Below are positions 1 to 13,720 of a stretch of DNA of 64,000 bases, one piece after another (within the stretch, counting starts at the first letter, position 1; every line of letters begins with the position of its first letter). The notes beneath the pieces were generated by a model, which saw only the letters and a program-made list of their open reading frames with translations, made no database searches and had not been told where the DNA came from. Source of the stretch: Chrysomallon squamiferum (Eukaryota; Animalia; Mollusca); the NCBI GenBank assembly GCA_012295275.1, contig CM022678.1, forward strand, positions 5,890,001-5,954,000, in the 5' to 3' direction. The translations under genes and the position numbers were made by a program.

Positions 1-855
1 TTTTACATTTCAAACAAGATAAATTGAGTTTTTTTTTTTTTTTGTGATGTTTATTTTATAGCTTATATATGAAGTGTTTGTAAAAGCTGTCAAAATATGT
101 TTATGTTCATTTAGTTATTATTAAAAGTATATGAATTCTGATTATTTCTATATAACTTAAGTAAACAATGGCAATCTGTGAAATGTACATATTTATGCTA
201 TCTGTGCATGTACATATAATGTAAGTATACTTGGTGAAAAGGTAAAAAGATGGCAAGGAAGATAGTGAAGATATTTTTAAATAATAATAATAAGCATTAT
301 AACAAAAAAAAAAAAAAAAAAAAAAAATAAAAATATATAACTATGTCCATAACAAAAGGAATAAAACCTTTAACATTAAAAGATATAAAAATACTAATCA
401 GAGTGAAAAAATAACTAAATTAAAACTGACTTTTAAATTTCAGTCTAAAACACAAAATTCCAGAAAGACTGGTTCAGACAGTTGGAAAAAAAAAAAAATG
501 TGTCTACATTTATCATACTTCAAGGTTTAGTTGGAAGATGGTAACGCTCACCCGAATAATTAAGTGATATAAATATTTAGAAATATTGTTAAGAAAAGCG
601 TTAATTCTCAGAGCCTTGGAAAATACTTTTACAGAGAATAATTATATTTTTGTTGTATTAGTAGTGACAAAAAAAAAAAAATAAATAAATAAAGAAAATA
701 AAGAAAAAAATATATATAAAAGCTGCCATGGTTTTGGATTTCTTGAAACAAAATTTTTCATTTGTGTATTTTCAATGCCTTAAGAATAATAGTAAAAAAT
801 GTATAATTAGTTTATTTAATGAGTATAGTTTATTTTGTTATTTTGACTGTTTTCA

Positions 856-884
856 GAATAATAACAGCAACAATAACAATAACA

Positions 885-922
<38 letters not shown>

Positions 923-927
923 TATAT

Positions 928-1015
<88 letters not shown>
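856..1015. repeat. (AAT)n microsatellite
   Basis: Direct inspection. Confidence 0.95.
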
Positions 1016-1284
1016 GATGAAGAAGAAGAAGAGTAAGAAGAAGGTGTGAGAATGTGTTGTGTATTATTTCTTTATAATCATAAACATAGATAGACAGATA
1101 GACAGATAGACAGACAGACAGACAGACTACAAAAGCAAACATATTATGATTTGTTAAAGCTCTGGCTATGACTTGCAGTACACTAGTAAAGACTGAGATT
1201 CCAGTAAACAGTAATTCACATTTCTCTACTTTAACCAGTATATGAAACAAATTCACTTTGTCAGTTGCAAATTACTGTACTGTT

Positions 1285-1870
1285 CCAAGGGGCACAACTG
1301 CAATTACACCTAAAACAACAGCTCCATAAATAGGCTAAAAAAAAAAAAAAAAAAAAAAAAAAATCAAGGGACGTAACTCTTACACTGAACAACAGATTCA
1401 TCAATCGCGTATCAAGGGACATAACTCATTTATTCTTACTATAGAGATATAAAAAAACAACCAAAAACAACTCTTGTAAAATACCAAGGGACATAACTAC
1501 ATTAGGAATGAGAAAACAGTTTCTCCAGGCATGAACAAATATAGATTGCGTCAAGGGAGACAACTCTGTTAGACCCGAAACAAAAGCTTTTAACATATAT
1601 AAAAAAGATTTTTTTTATCAAGGGATATAATTCCTTTTGTCTTTAAATAATGACTTTATCAACAGAAAAAAGAATATTTAAATATTAAGGGACATGGGTG
1701 TTTGAGTCTTAAAGCAAAAGTTCTTATAATTACAGAAAATTGATACTTAAACTTCAAGGGATACAACTGCTTTAGTCTTAAAGAAAAGATCATCATAAAT
1801 TATAGGAAAAGGATATTTAAACAGAAAATATTTTTATCGAGGGACATATAGTCTTACTAGCCTTGAACAA
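1285..1870 (+). repeat. Degenerate ~70-bp tandem array with CAAGGGACATAACT core (about 9 copies)
   Basis: Core at ~1286, 1365, 1413, 1485, 1552, 1619, 1687, 1755, 1839. Confidence 0.85.
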
Positions 1871-2545
1871 ACAGTTTTAATTGATTATTTTTTGCTCAAT
1901 AACAAAATTTCAACCAAAAAACAAAATAATAATAATAAAAAAATAAAGATTTTTTTTTTTTATAAATAAACAGAATTTCTTTTAATGAATAAACACACAA
2001 TATCTGTGAATCTGTGTATATATGTTAGACAACAACCATGTTCAACCATTGTGAATAATGTCTGTTCAAAATACAGAATACACACAATCTATTTCATTCA
2101 GTATTTTGTTTTCTACACAGTAATATTATTCAGTCAGTAAAGTAGTTTATTTGATAAACTTGTCAATACATCAGAACATTTATTCAGCATCCATTCAACC
2201 ACTCTGAATAATTATTAATGAATATTTAATACCTTCAGTTTGATATAGATCTGGATGACAACCATAACTACAGAGACATTCTGATTAATTTAGTTTGAAA
2301 TATGCAAATGAATAAGTAATTATACATTGGTGTAAAAATCGTGTCCAAGCATTCTCTATAGATGAATAAATGTACAATGACATTAGATTCAATAAACTTT
2401 GTGTATATTCATCCATTTTGATTACATCCTGTGTTAAATGTTGATACAATGAATCACATGACAGGAATGTATGTTACAATATAATGTATGTACAAACTTA
2501 CAAAATATCAATGACATAAACTAACTAAGCATTAAGGATCCACTA

Positions 2546-2624
2546 TAATAATAATAATAATAATAGTGGTAGTGGTAGTAGTAGTAGTAGTAATAATAAT
2601 AGTATTAATAACAATAATAAACAC

Positions 2625-2697
<73 letters not shown>

Positions 2698-2812
2698 GTA
2701 GTAGTAGTAGTAATAGTAATAATAATCATAATAATAATAATAATAATAGTAATAATGGTAATAGTAGTAGTAGTAGTAGTAGTAATAATAATAATAGTAA
2801 CAATAATAATAA
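2546..2812. repeat. (AAT/AGT)n microsatellite
   Basis: Direct inspection. Confidence 0.95.
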
Positions 2813-3289
2813 TATCTGTTAACTGAAGCATTATTTCAAAGACGAATGAATTCCTGTAACACTAACACTTTCTTGACTCATTATTTTACAAGCATCAAGC
2901 AGTGTTTTTTAAAATTCAAATTGATTTGTATTAATATTGCATAATTGTTACAATTTCTAAATCTTGTACATGCATATCTGAACACTGCACACATATGATG
3001 AAAGCTAGTATATGAATAATAAAATTAGAAAAATCAACAAAAGAAAAAAAAAAAAAAAAAACATTTTTTTTTTAGCCACGTAATGAAAATTACAATTGCT
3101 GATACCAGAAATATTTACATTTTTGAACATTTCCTTCAAAATAATAAATATATAAACAAATAAACGCGCAAATGCATTTTTGATATTAATCTAAAGTTCA
3201 ATATTCTAGTTATAAATAAAAATGAACAGTAATTAATTGATAAATAAATAATATTTAAAAAAACAACACCAAGAAACAAGAAGAAAGTT

Positions 3290-3790
3290 TTAAAACAAAC
3301 CAATTGAGCTTATTAAAATTAATGAGCACAAAACAAATATTTTAAATACCAAGGGACACAACTGTGTTAGTCTTGAACCAAAAGCTTCATAACAAATTAA
3401 TAATAAATAACGATGAATGAATTCAAATATCAAGGGACACAACTGCATTACATCTGACACAATAGCTTCATCAAGGAAAAAAATAAATAATTACATACCA
3501 CAGGACATAACTGTTTTAGTTTGATGAAGAAAAAGAATATTCAAGACTCAGGGGACATAACTGCTTTAGTCTTAATCCAATAAAAATCTTCAACAGAAAA
3601 GGAATGTTTATATACCAAGGGACATAATTTCATTGGAGTTTTCAGTGAACAGTTTGATGTAAAAAAAAAAAACTTATTTAAATGCTAAGGAACATAAATG
3701 CTTTCATCTTAAACAAATAGTCTAACTGAAAAATTAAAAAAGGATGTTCAAGTAGCAAGGGACATAACTGGTTTAGTTTTGAAACAGTAG
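3290..3790 (+). repeat. Second CAAGGGACATAACT-core degenerate array (about 7 copies)
   Basis: Core at ~3350, 3431, 3500, 3549, 3616, 3687, 3756. Confidence 0.85.
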
Positions 3791-3994
3791 TTGGTTATTT
3801 TATATGGATAATTTTGTTCGTGATTTATTTTCTTTCATTTAAAAAAAAAAAATAATAATTATAATTTATTAATGAGTCTAATTAAATAAATAAATAAATT
3901 AAATAATTCAATATTTAAATAAATTAATATCTGAGCAAATGTCATATCAATTTAAAATTTTATACACTGGAATGTTCAAAAACAAATAAATAAA

Positions 3995-4029
<35 letters not shown>

Positions 4030-5193
4030 AATAATAATAGTAAAGTAGTAGTAGCAGCCGAAGCAGTAGAAGTATCAGTAGTAGTAGTAGTAGTTGATGA
4101 AGTAACAGTTGTAGTAGTAGTACACAAAATGTAAATAGGTTTTACTACAATGACTAATGGTTAGCATTTTCTTTTTCCTGTCAAAAATAATTTTGTTTCT
4201 GTTTATGGGACGCAATTCTTGTTACATATTTAACTATCATTTAGCTAACAAACAAAAAAAAAATAAAAAAAAACATGGTTGAAAAACATGGAAGAATTAC
4301 TAAGAGTAACACTAGTACTTGTCTTAGTAACGGGAGTTGTTGCATGAACAAGAAAAATCAGGTGTGGTTTTAATTTATATATTTTAACATATTTCAAGAA
4401 ATGTTTTAAACTAAAGCACTTAAAATGATCTTTATAAAAAACAAAAAAACAACAACAAATAATAATAAAAAATAAAAAATAAAAAAAAATAATAATAAAA
4501 TAAATAAATAAATAAATAAAAAATGGTATCATACAAGCAATATAATTTCCTTTCTAATAATCAGTTAAGATTATTCACAAATACTTTTCTTTTTAACCAC
4601 AAAATATAACAATATCAAAAAATCTTCATACCACTTTCTAATCAAAAATATTTAATAATAATGTAACTGACGGGACCCATGAAAATAAACATCAGATTTA
4701 ATTTTTGAAAAAATACTTTTTAAAATTATATTTTACTGTAGACCTTTCAGTTTCAGAAACTGTTATTATTCTTTATTTAAATACAATTAATAATAATTTT
4801 TCAAAAATGTAGTCACACATGTCATTCAGAAATTTCTAAATGAAATTCAAAGCAGTTTGTTTGTACAATAAAACAGAAATTATACAGTTTTCTCGTTAAC
4901 CATCAAACATTTCTAGGTAAATTAGATTTAACAAAAAAATAAAGATATGAAGATAATTAATTAGTGGAGGGAATTTTAATAATAATTTTTTTCTCCATGT
5001 TGGCTTCATCATATAAAATATCTAATTAATTTGCTATCTATTAACATCTAATAAGCCAAAAAATATACAGGTACCTAAAATAAATAAATAAATATATAAA
5101 TAAATAAGTAAGTAAATAAATAATAATGAAATAAAAAGAAACAACTAAAATAGCAAGGCAAATGTTCTTACAAAACAAATAACTTTGGTTTAA

Positions 5194-5232
<39 letters not shown>

Positions 5233-6138
5233 CTATTGTCTTGAACATAAAAAGAACATCAACAACAACAAAGAATAAAAAATAAAAAATAAAAGCTGCC
5301 AAAGAAGTTATTTTTGTACACCATAATTACAGAAGAATTGAATAAAAACAATTTATAAATTTAAAAAAATAATAAGAGAGAGAGAGAGAGAGATGTTTAA
5401 CTGAAAGTAGCATTAATCTGTGTTATTGCAGAATCATCATGTTTGTATTTGTGACCATAAACATTTGTCAAGTTTGTTTTGTCATTAGGAATATACTATT
5501 TTAAATAGTTTTATTGTTGGATCTTTATATTCAAATCCCTGCTATTTCATGATTATTATATTCAAATTTGCATTGTCACACAATTCATTGTAGCCAAAAT
5601 TATGAAACTGCAGCTCAAATAACAAAACATTTTCTGTTATGCAGACAAATCTGTGATATGGCTGTTTCCTGTTAAACAATCCTAAATAAATATTAATAAT
5701 TTTATTACATGAAATATTTTGATGTGGTTACTGGATATCTGACTGAAAGTAAATCTCAGACCAAACTATTTTTCTTTGTTTGTCAATAAGTACATAAAAA
5801 TGTAAAACTTAGTGATATAAGATTTAATATTAAAAAAAAAAAAAAAGACTTGTATTAAACATCCTGATATATTACATGATTTTAATTTTAATTTAAATTT
5901 TAATAATTTAAATTTTAATAATTTTAAATTTTAATTTAAATTTTTTCTGAAATCTAATTTCAATCAGAAACTCAGAAGAAAAGCAAAATTATTCCATTGA
6001 TTAATATTCATAAAAATCAAAAAAAAAAAAAAAAAAAAAATCAAAAACGGAAGCATAAACAAAAATATAAACAACAACAACAACAACAACAATTCGGATG
6101 GCAGGTGGATCTCAACACAACAGCGTAACACCGACAAA

Positions 6139-6902
6139 TCACAACATCGTCACTTCCTCCACATCACCACCACTCGACTTCTTTCTCCTGTAGAGATACT
6201 TTTCTCTCGTTCCACTCCCACCCAACAGTTTTTTCTGATCTTTCACCTCGGTGATGTCTTCGTACGTGTGTTTCTTCCTCAGACCCTCCCCTCTGCCACA
6301 AACCGCGGGGTCTTCGTAAGTATGCGAGTTCAAAACTCTGTCCTTGATCGCCATAGCTTCGCTGTGACCTGGCGAATGATCGATCGGGTCGACTTCTTCG
6401 TAATGATGCGACCGTTTCGGACGAGACGACGGTAATTTCTGCTGCTGCTGCTGTAGCTGCTGTTGTTGCTGCTGCTGCTGCTGAGATACAAGCAAGCTCG
6501 CTTTAGCTTCCTCGACACTCTCGTAGTTCGGATCGTACTCTGAATCGTTGTCTGTGATGCAGTCTTTCACCTGCTGGTAGTTGGGATCGAGAGTCACCTT
6601 GACGATGGATGTCGACGTCGACGCTGACGATGATGATGTTGTCATCGTCGAATCGCTCTCCTTTTTTTTTGCGGCCGCGGCGCTGGTTGGCGAGGGCGAG
6701 TTTGGGATTTCGGGGAGCTTCGTGGCACTGGGGGAGAAGCTTGACCTCTTGTTGACGACTGCGTAGTCGCTGGACGACCGCGTGATTCCCGAGTCCTCGG
6801 GGCTGGCGAGGTGACGACATCGAACGTCGTTTTGCTGACGTCGCATCAGGTGAAGCGAGTCGACGGACGGCGGCGCCGGTACGTCGACATCGTTGTAGGG
6901 TC
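6139..6902 (-). CDS. PAG1-like adaptor, terminal coding exon (ends VTML*)
   Basis: TTCTCTCTCCAG acceptor, phase 1. Reads PYNDVDVPAPPSVDSL..., then SDYAVVNK, YQQV, YESV, YEEV, YEDP, YEDI. TGA at 6139-6141. Confidence 0.88.
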
Positions 6903-7593
6903 CTGGAGAGAAGAATTTTTTTTTTTAAATAATTAAAAAAAAACACAAAAAAAAAAAAGACAGAAAAAAAAATAAAAGACAGAAAAATAAAAGATATAAA
7001 AAAAATAAAAATAAAATAAAAATAAAAGACAGAAAAATAAAAGATAAAAAAAATCAATAAATAAAAAAATAAAAAATATAAATAAATAAAAAAAATAAAA
7101 AATATAAAATAAAAGACAGTTGTTACAGAAGAAAGCATTGATGACTGAATGAACAAGTGAGTGAAAGAAATATACAGACAAGTGAATGAATGAATGAAAG
7201 AATGACTAAAAGGATGAACGGTTGAATGAACAAATGGACAAACAAATGAAAGGAGGAATTACTGAACAAATGAAGAAATGAAGAAATGAATGAATAAACT
7301 GAATGAACGAACATACACTCATAATAAATATTAATGATTACTAAAGATTCTAGTTCTGTATTTTTCACAAAATGAAAATAAAAAGGAAAACTGCTTCTCT
7401 TGTTCCATTTGATTCTTTTATCAAATGTATGTACCTTCCTACAGACAATAAAACAAATACTCAGTTGTAGAGACAGTGGTTGGATTGGAAAATTATAGAG
7501 GAATAAATGAATAGATGGATGTGTTTACTGACAGATAAATGTAAATTATTAACAAATGAATTGATGTACAAATACGTGGGCTGGTGGGAAAAT

Positions 7594-7900
7594 ATATGTG
7601 TCTGTGTTTGTGTGTGTGTGTGAGCATGTGTGTGTGTGTGTATGTGTATGTATGTATGTATGTATGTATGTAGTATACATGTGTGTATGTAGTATGTATG
7701 TATGTATGTATGTAGTATGTATGTGTGTATGTATGTATGTGTGTATGTATGTATGTATGTATGTATGTATGTATATGTATGTATGTGTATGTATGTATGT
7801 GTGCATGTATGAATTAGTATGTATATATGTATGTATGTGTATGTATGTATGTGTGTATGTATGTACATGTGTGTGTGTGTGTATGTGTATGTATGTATGT
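7594..7900. repeat. (TG)/(TATG)n compound microsatellite
   Basis: Direct inspection. Confidence 0.95.
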
Positions 7901-8118
7901 ATAATCATATTGATGAATGAATTAATACGCAAACAAACAAATAATTCAATTAAAAAAAATAAATAAATAAATAAATAAATAAAAATAAAAAAAATTATTT
8001 TTCATTCTTTCATTCGTAATTAATCAATCAAGAATCGATTATTATTAAATAACAGATCCCTAAGCGTGAAGTACTGATCGACAAATTTTCAAAATCTCGC
8101 TAAATCCGAAACCCGTAC

Positions 8119-8239
8119 CTCCGATCTCTGTGTAGGTGTCACCCGACGAGCCGTTCAGCTTCAGCGACCTTGACAGGGGTGACTCGTCAGCTGCTGAACT
8201 GTTTGTCCTGATCACCCCATCACCCGAACTACCGTCCAC
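8119..8239 (-). CDS. PAG1-like adaptor, coding exon 6
   Basis: TTTTTCAG acceptor and G|GTACGG donor; phase 0->1. Encodes VDGSSGDGVIRTNSSAADESPLSRSLKLNGSSGDTYTEIG. Confidence 0.8.
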
Positions 8240-8652
8240 CTGAAAAATAAAAAACATTAGGTGAGAAAAGTACAAATGTGTATCTGTGTGTTTTTGTGTC
8301 TGTCTGTATGTGTTTATGTGTACACTGTATCTGGTTATTTACACCAATCTTTGTTAATAATAAAGTCCATCAATAACATATTTGTGCTAGTATTCACTGA
8401 AGTTGACACAGAAAGGTAAAAATATCCCTGAAAGACTGAGTACAACGAAACCTTTGCCATTATCTACTTCTATTTTCTATTTTTACATCTCTATTATGAA
8501 ATAATACAAAAAATGGCACAGAGAGAAGCTTATGTCATACTTTATTATTATACAAAATGTACACATGAAATATAAAATAAAAATAATCACTTGGATGTAT
8601 ATACCAGTGATATACATATTTTCACTCATTTACTGTAACATATACAATCATA

Positions 8653-8779
<127 letters not shown>

Positions 8780-8912
8780 ATACTAACCAACAACAGCAAT
8801 GCATTTTTTAAATATATTTTTATTTTTTTTTCAAACTGGACCCACTGTCTAGAATCTTGAAACACCTGAAAAAACGTTTATGTAAAATACTTCAAAATAA
8901 TCCTATACTCAC

Positions 8913-9053
8913 TGTTGCATACATATTCTCAGTTGCATCGTTGTCGGGGACAATTTCGTAAGGGTTGAGGGCATTGCGGGCCGTCATGCTGGCGAGAGAT
9001 TCCCTTGCGGTGACCATCGTGTACTCGCGGATCAAACTCAGCTGTTCCAGAAC
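8913..9053 (-). CDS. PAG1-like adaptor, coding exon 5 (5' phase unresolved)
   Basis: GC-rich island reading ...REYTMVTARESLASMTARNALNPYEIVPDNDATENMYAT. Donor ACA|GTGAGT is in phase with the next exon (makes YATV). The acceptor phase does not match exon 4. Confidence 0.7.
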
Positions 9054-9470
9054 CTTGTGAAAATAAAATTACATCATGAAGCATATGTCAGTTATATCAA
9101 ACATGAAGATACCTATCTTAGCTGTTCCAGAACCTTGTTAAAATAAAATATTTCAGTTATAACAAACATGAAGATACCTATCTTAGCTGTTCCAGAACCT
9201 TGTAAAAATAAAATATGTCAGTTATAACAAACATGAAGATACCTGTCTTAGCTGTTCCAGAACCTTGTGAAAATAAATATGTCAGTTGTAACAAACATGA
9301 AGATACCTATCTTAGCTGTTCCAGAACCTTGTAAAAATAAAATTACATCATAAAGCACATATCAGTTATAACAAACATGAAGATACATATTTTAACTGTA
9401 CCAGAACCTTGTAAAAATAACATGCATCAACAAAGATATGTCAGAGATAACGAATATTAAGATACCCTCC
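9038..9470 (-). repeat. ~65-80-bp tandem array containing copies of the exon-5 acceptor
   Basis: AGCTGTTCCAGAACCTTGT at ~9040, 9120, 9185, 9250, 9314 and 9395 (variant). Confidence 0.9.
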
Positions 9471-10227
9471 TGATTTTAGTATGTTTAAGTTATAAACTTG
9501 ATGCATGTGAAAGAAAGATAATTAATTATTTGATAGGAATAAATTTTATTTCAATATTTTTGTTTTATAATTGTAAAAGTCTAAACAACACTCTCCTTGT
9601 TATAGTTTAAAGTTATATAGTCTAAATTTTATTTCAATTTATGTTTCATATACAATTACACAATATTTAGTAATGCTGTCACTGTTTAGTTTAATTATAA
9701 AATTTATATCTAAATTTTATTTCAGTATTCTTTGTGTATAATTAATTACAAAAGTCTAAATAATACTCTCTGTTAAGTTTAATCATAAAATTCATGTCAA
9801 AATTTAATTATTTTTACGTATATAACCCAAAATGTTTATTAATGTTCTCAGTCTTCTCGTTTAAGTATTCAATTTATGTCTAAATTTTCATTTCGGTTTT
9901 ACTGGTATATAAATAATTACAAAAGGTTAATAACGATCGCATTGTCTAGTTCAGGGTTTAAATGTTGTTTCATTATTCTTGATATCAGTAATTATTATTA
10001 TAATTCATTTGTTATGAAACTGTCGGTTCAGGACTAATGCAGTTGTGTCCCTTGGTATTTAAATATTTGTTTTCTGCTCTGTAATCTTACTAAGTTCAGT
10101 TGATTTGTTTCAAGCAGATTTAATTTACTGGGTAATAAAAAGTGCCCAGAAATGACTTCTTGTTAGAGCCTTCTTGTTTTTTTTTGTTTTTTTTAAAGAT
10201 TGAAAAAGAATCAGTAATACTCTGTCT

Positions 10228-10552
10228 GACAGTGTTTAGATAAATCTACACTCTAGTACTACATGTATTTATCAGTGTTTAGATACATCTACACCTTAGT
10301 ACTACAGAGTTTAGGTAAATCTACACTCTAGTACTACATGTATGTCACAATGTTTAGATGAATTTACACCTTAGTACTACATGTATTTAACAGTGTTTAG
10401 ATAATCTACACCTTGGTACTACAGTGTTTAGATAAATCTACACCTTAGTACTACAGTGTTTAGATAAATCTACACTCTAGTACTACATGTATTTAGCACA
10501 ATGTTTAGATAAATCTACACCTTAGTACGATATGTATTTATCACAGTGTTTG
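10228..10552. repeat. 32/42-bp minisatellite (CAGTGTTTAGATAAATCTACACCTTAGTACTA...)
   Basis: About 8 copies. Confidence 0.9.
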
Positions 10553-10872
10553 GAATGACATCACACAAAACTGACACAGAATAAAATTAACTATCAACAT
10601 CAGAACTAGAACTGTGTCTCACAGAAATACATTTTTTAATTAGACTTTTTTTTATTTTTTTTTTTTTAAACTGCACAGACTACCTTACCTTACCACAAAA
10701 TCTTCCAATATCAGGTCAACTTTTTTTTTTTTTTTTTTTGCTTAATATGATTTATTTATAACTTCTATAAAAAATTAAAAAATAAATAAAAAATAAAAAA
10801 TAAAAAAATTTAAAAAATATTTTAAAAAATCCACTGAACTCAGAAACTGATCAACAAACACAAAAAACTAAC

Positions 10873-11987
10873 CAGATGAAGAACTTCTGGCTACTGCTGC
10901 TGCTAATGTTGATGATGACTGGGGACGGATCTCGTCAATGTGGTAACCGCGGGGGGGTTCGGGGGGAAGGACGCTGGAGGCGTCGCCAGGCGGGTCGGGG
11001 CTTCCGGGTCCCCTGGCAACTGCAGCAGCAGCAGCAGCCAACGACTGCTTCGTCTTCGTGACAACGGCGTACTGGTCGGAGATCTCTGGGAACTCCAGCG
11101 ACATCGATCCCGTCGGCATCAGTTCAAACGAGGGCGACGAAACGTTGCCGCCGTCTGCCAGAGCCTGCTTTGCGTGACCTCCTTTCGGTTGACCCCCAGC
11201 AGGGTCATCGTTGTCGTCGTCGTCGTCCACAGTCGAGTAAGGGTCAAGGTCACACGCATCACCTCCGACCGGCTGCGCGGACCCCTCCTCCTCTTCTCCA
11301 ATCCGTTCGTAAGGATCGAACCCGCTGTCTTTGACTCTCGTGTAAGGGTCGCTATCCCTGACCTTTTCGTAGGGGTCGCTGTCCCTGACCTTTCCAAACG
11401 GGTCCAAATCGGAATCTTTCGAGTTACCGTTGTCAGTCGCTTTCTTAAAGGGACCTGCTGCTGCTGCTGCTGTCATCGAGCTGCTGTTGTTGCTGCTGTT
11501 GGGCTCGCAGAACGAATCCTTCTCGCCGACGGTGTCGTAGGGGTCGATGTCACCTGCGTCCTTCACCTCGCTCACAGACGAGTAGTGATCCATGCTGCTG
11601 TTGCGGCACACCAGCGTCGTCTTCTTCTTCGAGGAGGAGGAGGTCGCGTCCTTGACAACCTCGTACGTCCTCTCGCGCACCTGCGTGTAGTAGTTCTCCG
11701 AGCTCTGGTCATCATCGACGTCCCCCCCCAAAGGGGAGACCACGTCCTCCACTTTGACGTGGTCGTAGTTGTCCGGTCTCTGCGCCTGCTTCTTCTTCTT
11801 GTTCTTCTTGCCCCCTCCCAGGTGATCGTAGTCATCATCGTTGGCCACGTCATCGTCGCGCTGCGGGTCTTCATCGTTGATCGTCTCGGAGACTGAGGTG
11901 GGGTGACCGTTCTGGACGGGCGGTTCAGGCAACTCCCTCAGACTGGTCGGCCTCATCTGACTGGAAGCAGTGCTCACCTGACTGCTT
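10873..11987 (-). CDS. PAG1-like adaptor, coding exon 4 (RELPEPP and many YxxV/L/I motifs)
   Basis: GC-rich 1115-nt open exon within ORF 10868..12094. ACACAG acceptor, G|GTTAGT donor, phase 2->1. Motifs YDHL, YDHV, YTQV, YEVV, YSSV, YDTV, YEKV, YTRV, YERI, YSTV, YAVV. Confidence 0.88.
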
Positions 11988-11992
11988 CTGTG

Positions 11993-12596
11993 TAACAACA
12001 ACAACAACAACAGTAACAGTAATAGTAACAGAAATAGTAACAGTAATAGTAGTAACAGTAATAGTAATAGTAATAATAGTAGCAATAGTAGCAATAGTAG
12101 TAATAATAATAATAATAAAAATAGTTATAATAATAATAATAATAGTAATAGTAATAATAATAGTGATAGTAATAATAATAGTAATAGTAACAGTAATAGT
12201 AATAGTAATAATAATAACAGTAATAACAGCAATAGTAATAATAGTAATAACAGTAATGATAATGATCATGATAATGATAATAACAGTAATAGTAGTAATA
12301 ACAATAACAATAACAATACTAATAGTAGTAGTTGTTGTAATAATAACATAATAATAATAGTAATAATAATAGTAATATAATAAAAATAATAATTATAATA
12401 ATAACAATAATGGTAATGATCATGATAATAATGATGATAATAATAATAACTATGTCTATCTATCTAACCAACCAACCAATCAACCGATCAATCATCCGAT
12501 CAATCAATCAATCAGTCAGTCAATCAATCAATCAATCAATCAGTCAGTCAATCAATCAATCAATCAATCAGTCAGTCAATCAATCAATCAATCAAA
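11993..12596. repeat. (AAT/AGT/AAC)n followed by (TCAA)n microsatellites
   Basis: Direct inspection; abuts the exon-4 acceptor. Confidence 0.95.
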
Positions 12597-12762
12597 CTAT
12601 ACACATATGCACACACGCACATGTAAGTCTATTTGTGTAAGAATGTGTGAAGATGTGGTGTTTTGGGGTGATGATGTGTTTTTATATATACAGAAGAGAC
12701 ACACACACACACACAATGATAACATACACAATTATGTACACACTGATGAACATGCATTCGTG

Positions 12763-12802
<40 letters not shown>

Positions 12803-12890
12803 CACACACACAATGATAACATACACAATTATGTACACACTGATGAACATGCATTCGTGCACACACACACAAACTATGAGTGAAACTGAC

Positions 12891-12991
12891 CTAGACTGTC
12901 CAGCACTGTTCCGATTGGAATTAGAATTTTTTCCATTCTGAGATCGGCTTCTTTTTTCAGTTTCATCTGTGACTGTTACAGAATTTATGTT
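12891..12991 (-). CDS. PAG1-like adaptor, coding exon 3
   Basis: TTTTTGGTTCAG acceptor and AG|GTCAGT donor; phase 0->2. Encodes NINSVTVTDETEKRSRSQNGKNSNSNRNSAGQS. Confidence 0.75.
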
Positions 12992-13064
12992 CTGAACCAA
13001 AAAAATAAAAAATTTTAAAAAACATTATATTTTAAAATGTATGACAAATAAAGAGTCTGTAGAT

Positions 13065-13153
<89 letters not shown>

Positions 13154-13659
13154 CATTTATTTTCTTTAGCAATTATTGCAGAAACAGACAGAGAAAAATA
13201 AAGAAAAATACATTCAGTTAAAGAAAAAAAAAACATTTATAGACAAAACAGTAAAACAAGATTTTAAAAACAAAGATACAAATAAACCAGGTCGTAATTC
13301 CTATCATTTTTCAATATACTTTTAATTCACAAATTAAACCAGCAAATCAAAACTATACTAAATTTTTAATATTTTGTTTTCCCTTTTTTTCGGTTAAACT
13401 GTCAGAGAGTATGAAGAACCCACCAATCAGCAGCAACATGACACACACACACAGACACACACACACAGACACACCCACACACAAACACACAGCCACACAC
13501 ACACACACACAAACACACACTGACACACACATACACAGTTCAATCATTTATCAGAGACGTACATATTCTGACTTAATAATAAAAAAAAAAAGATAAACAA
13601 AGACACAAATCTCGTGATCAGAAAAAGATGTTTTATAAAAATGTGTTTGGCTTACTTAC

Positions 13660-13720
13660 TGCTGATTCAGTTTTTCCTTCCTCTGCTTGCTTCTTTTCAG
13701 AATCAGGTTTAGATTTGCCA
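13660..13720 (-). CDS. PAG1-like adaptor, coding exon 2
   Basis: ACACAG acceptor and GCA|GTAAGT donor; phase 2->0 fits both neighbours. Encodes (S)GKSKPDSEKKQAEEGKTESA. Confidence 0.75.

Noticed and set aside
728-2831. Poly-I/N/L/V ORFs (and similar ORFs at 7461-7966, 11925-12351, 45394-46016, 57380-58116, 61306-62163)
   Set aside because: Translations of microsatellites.
10940-11896. 318-aa plus-strand ORF
   Set aside because: Antisense shadow of GC-rich adaptor exon 4; no splice context or recognisable motif.
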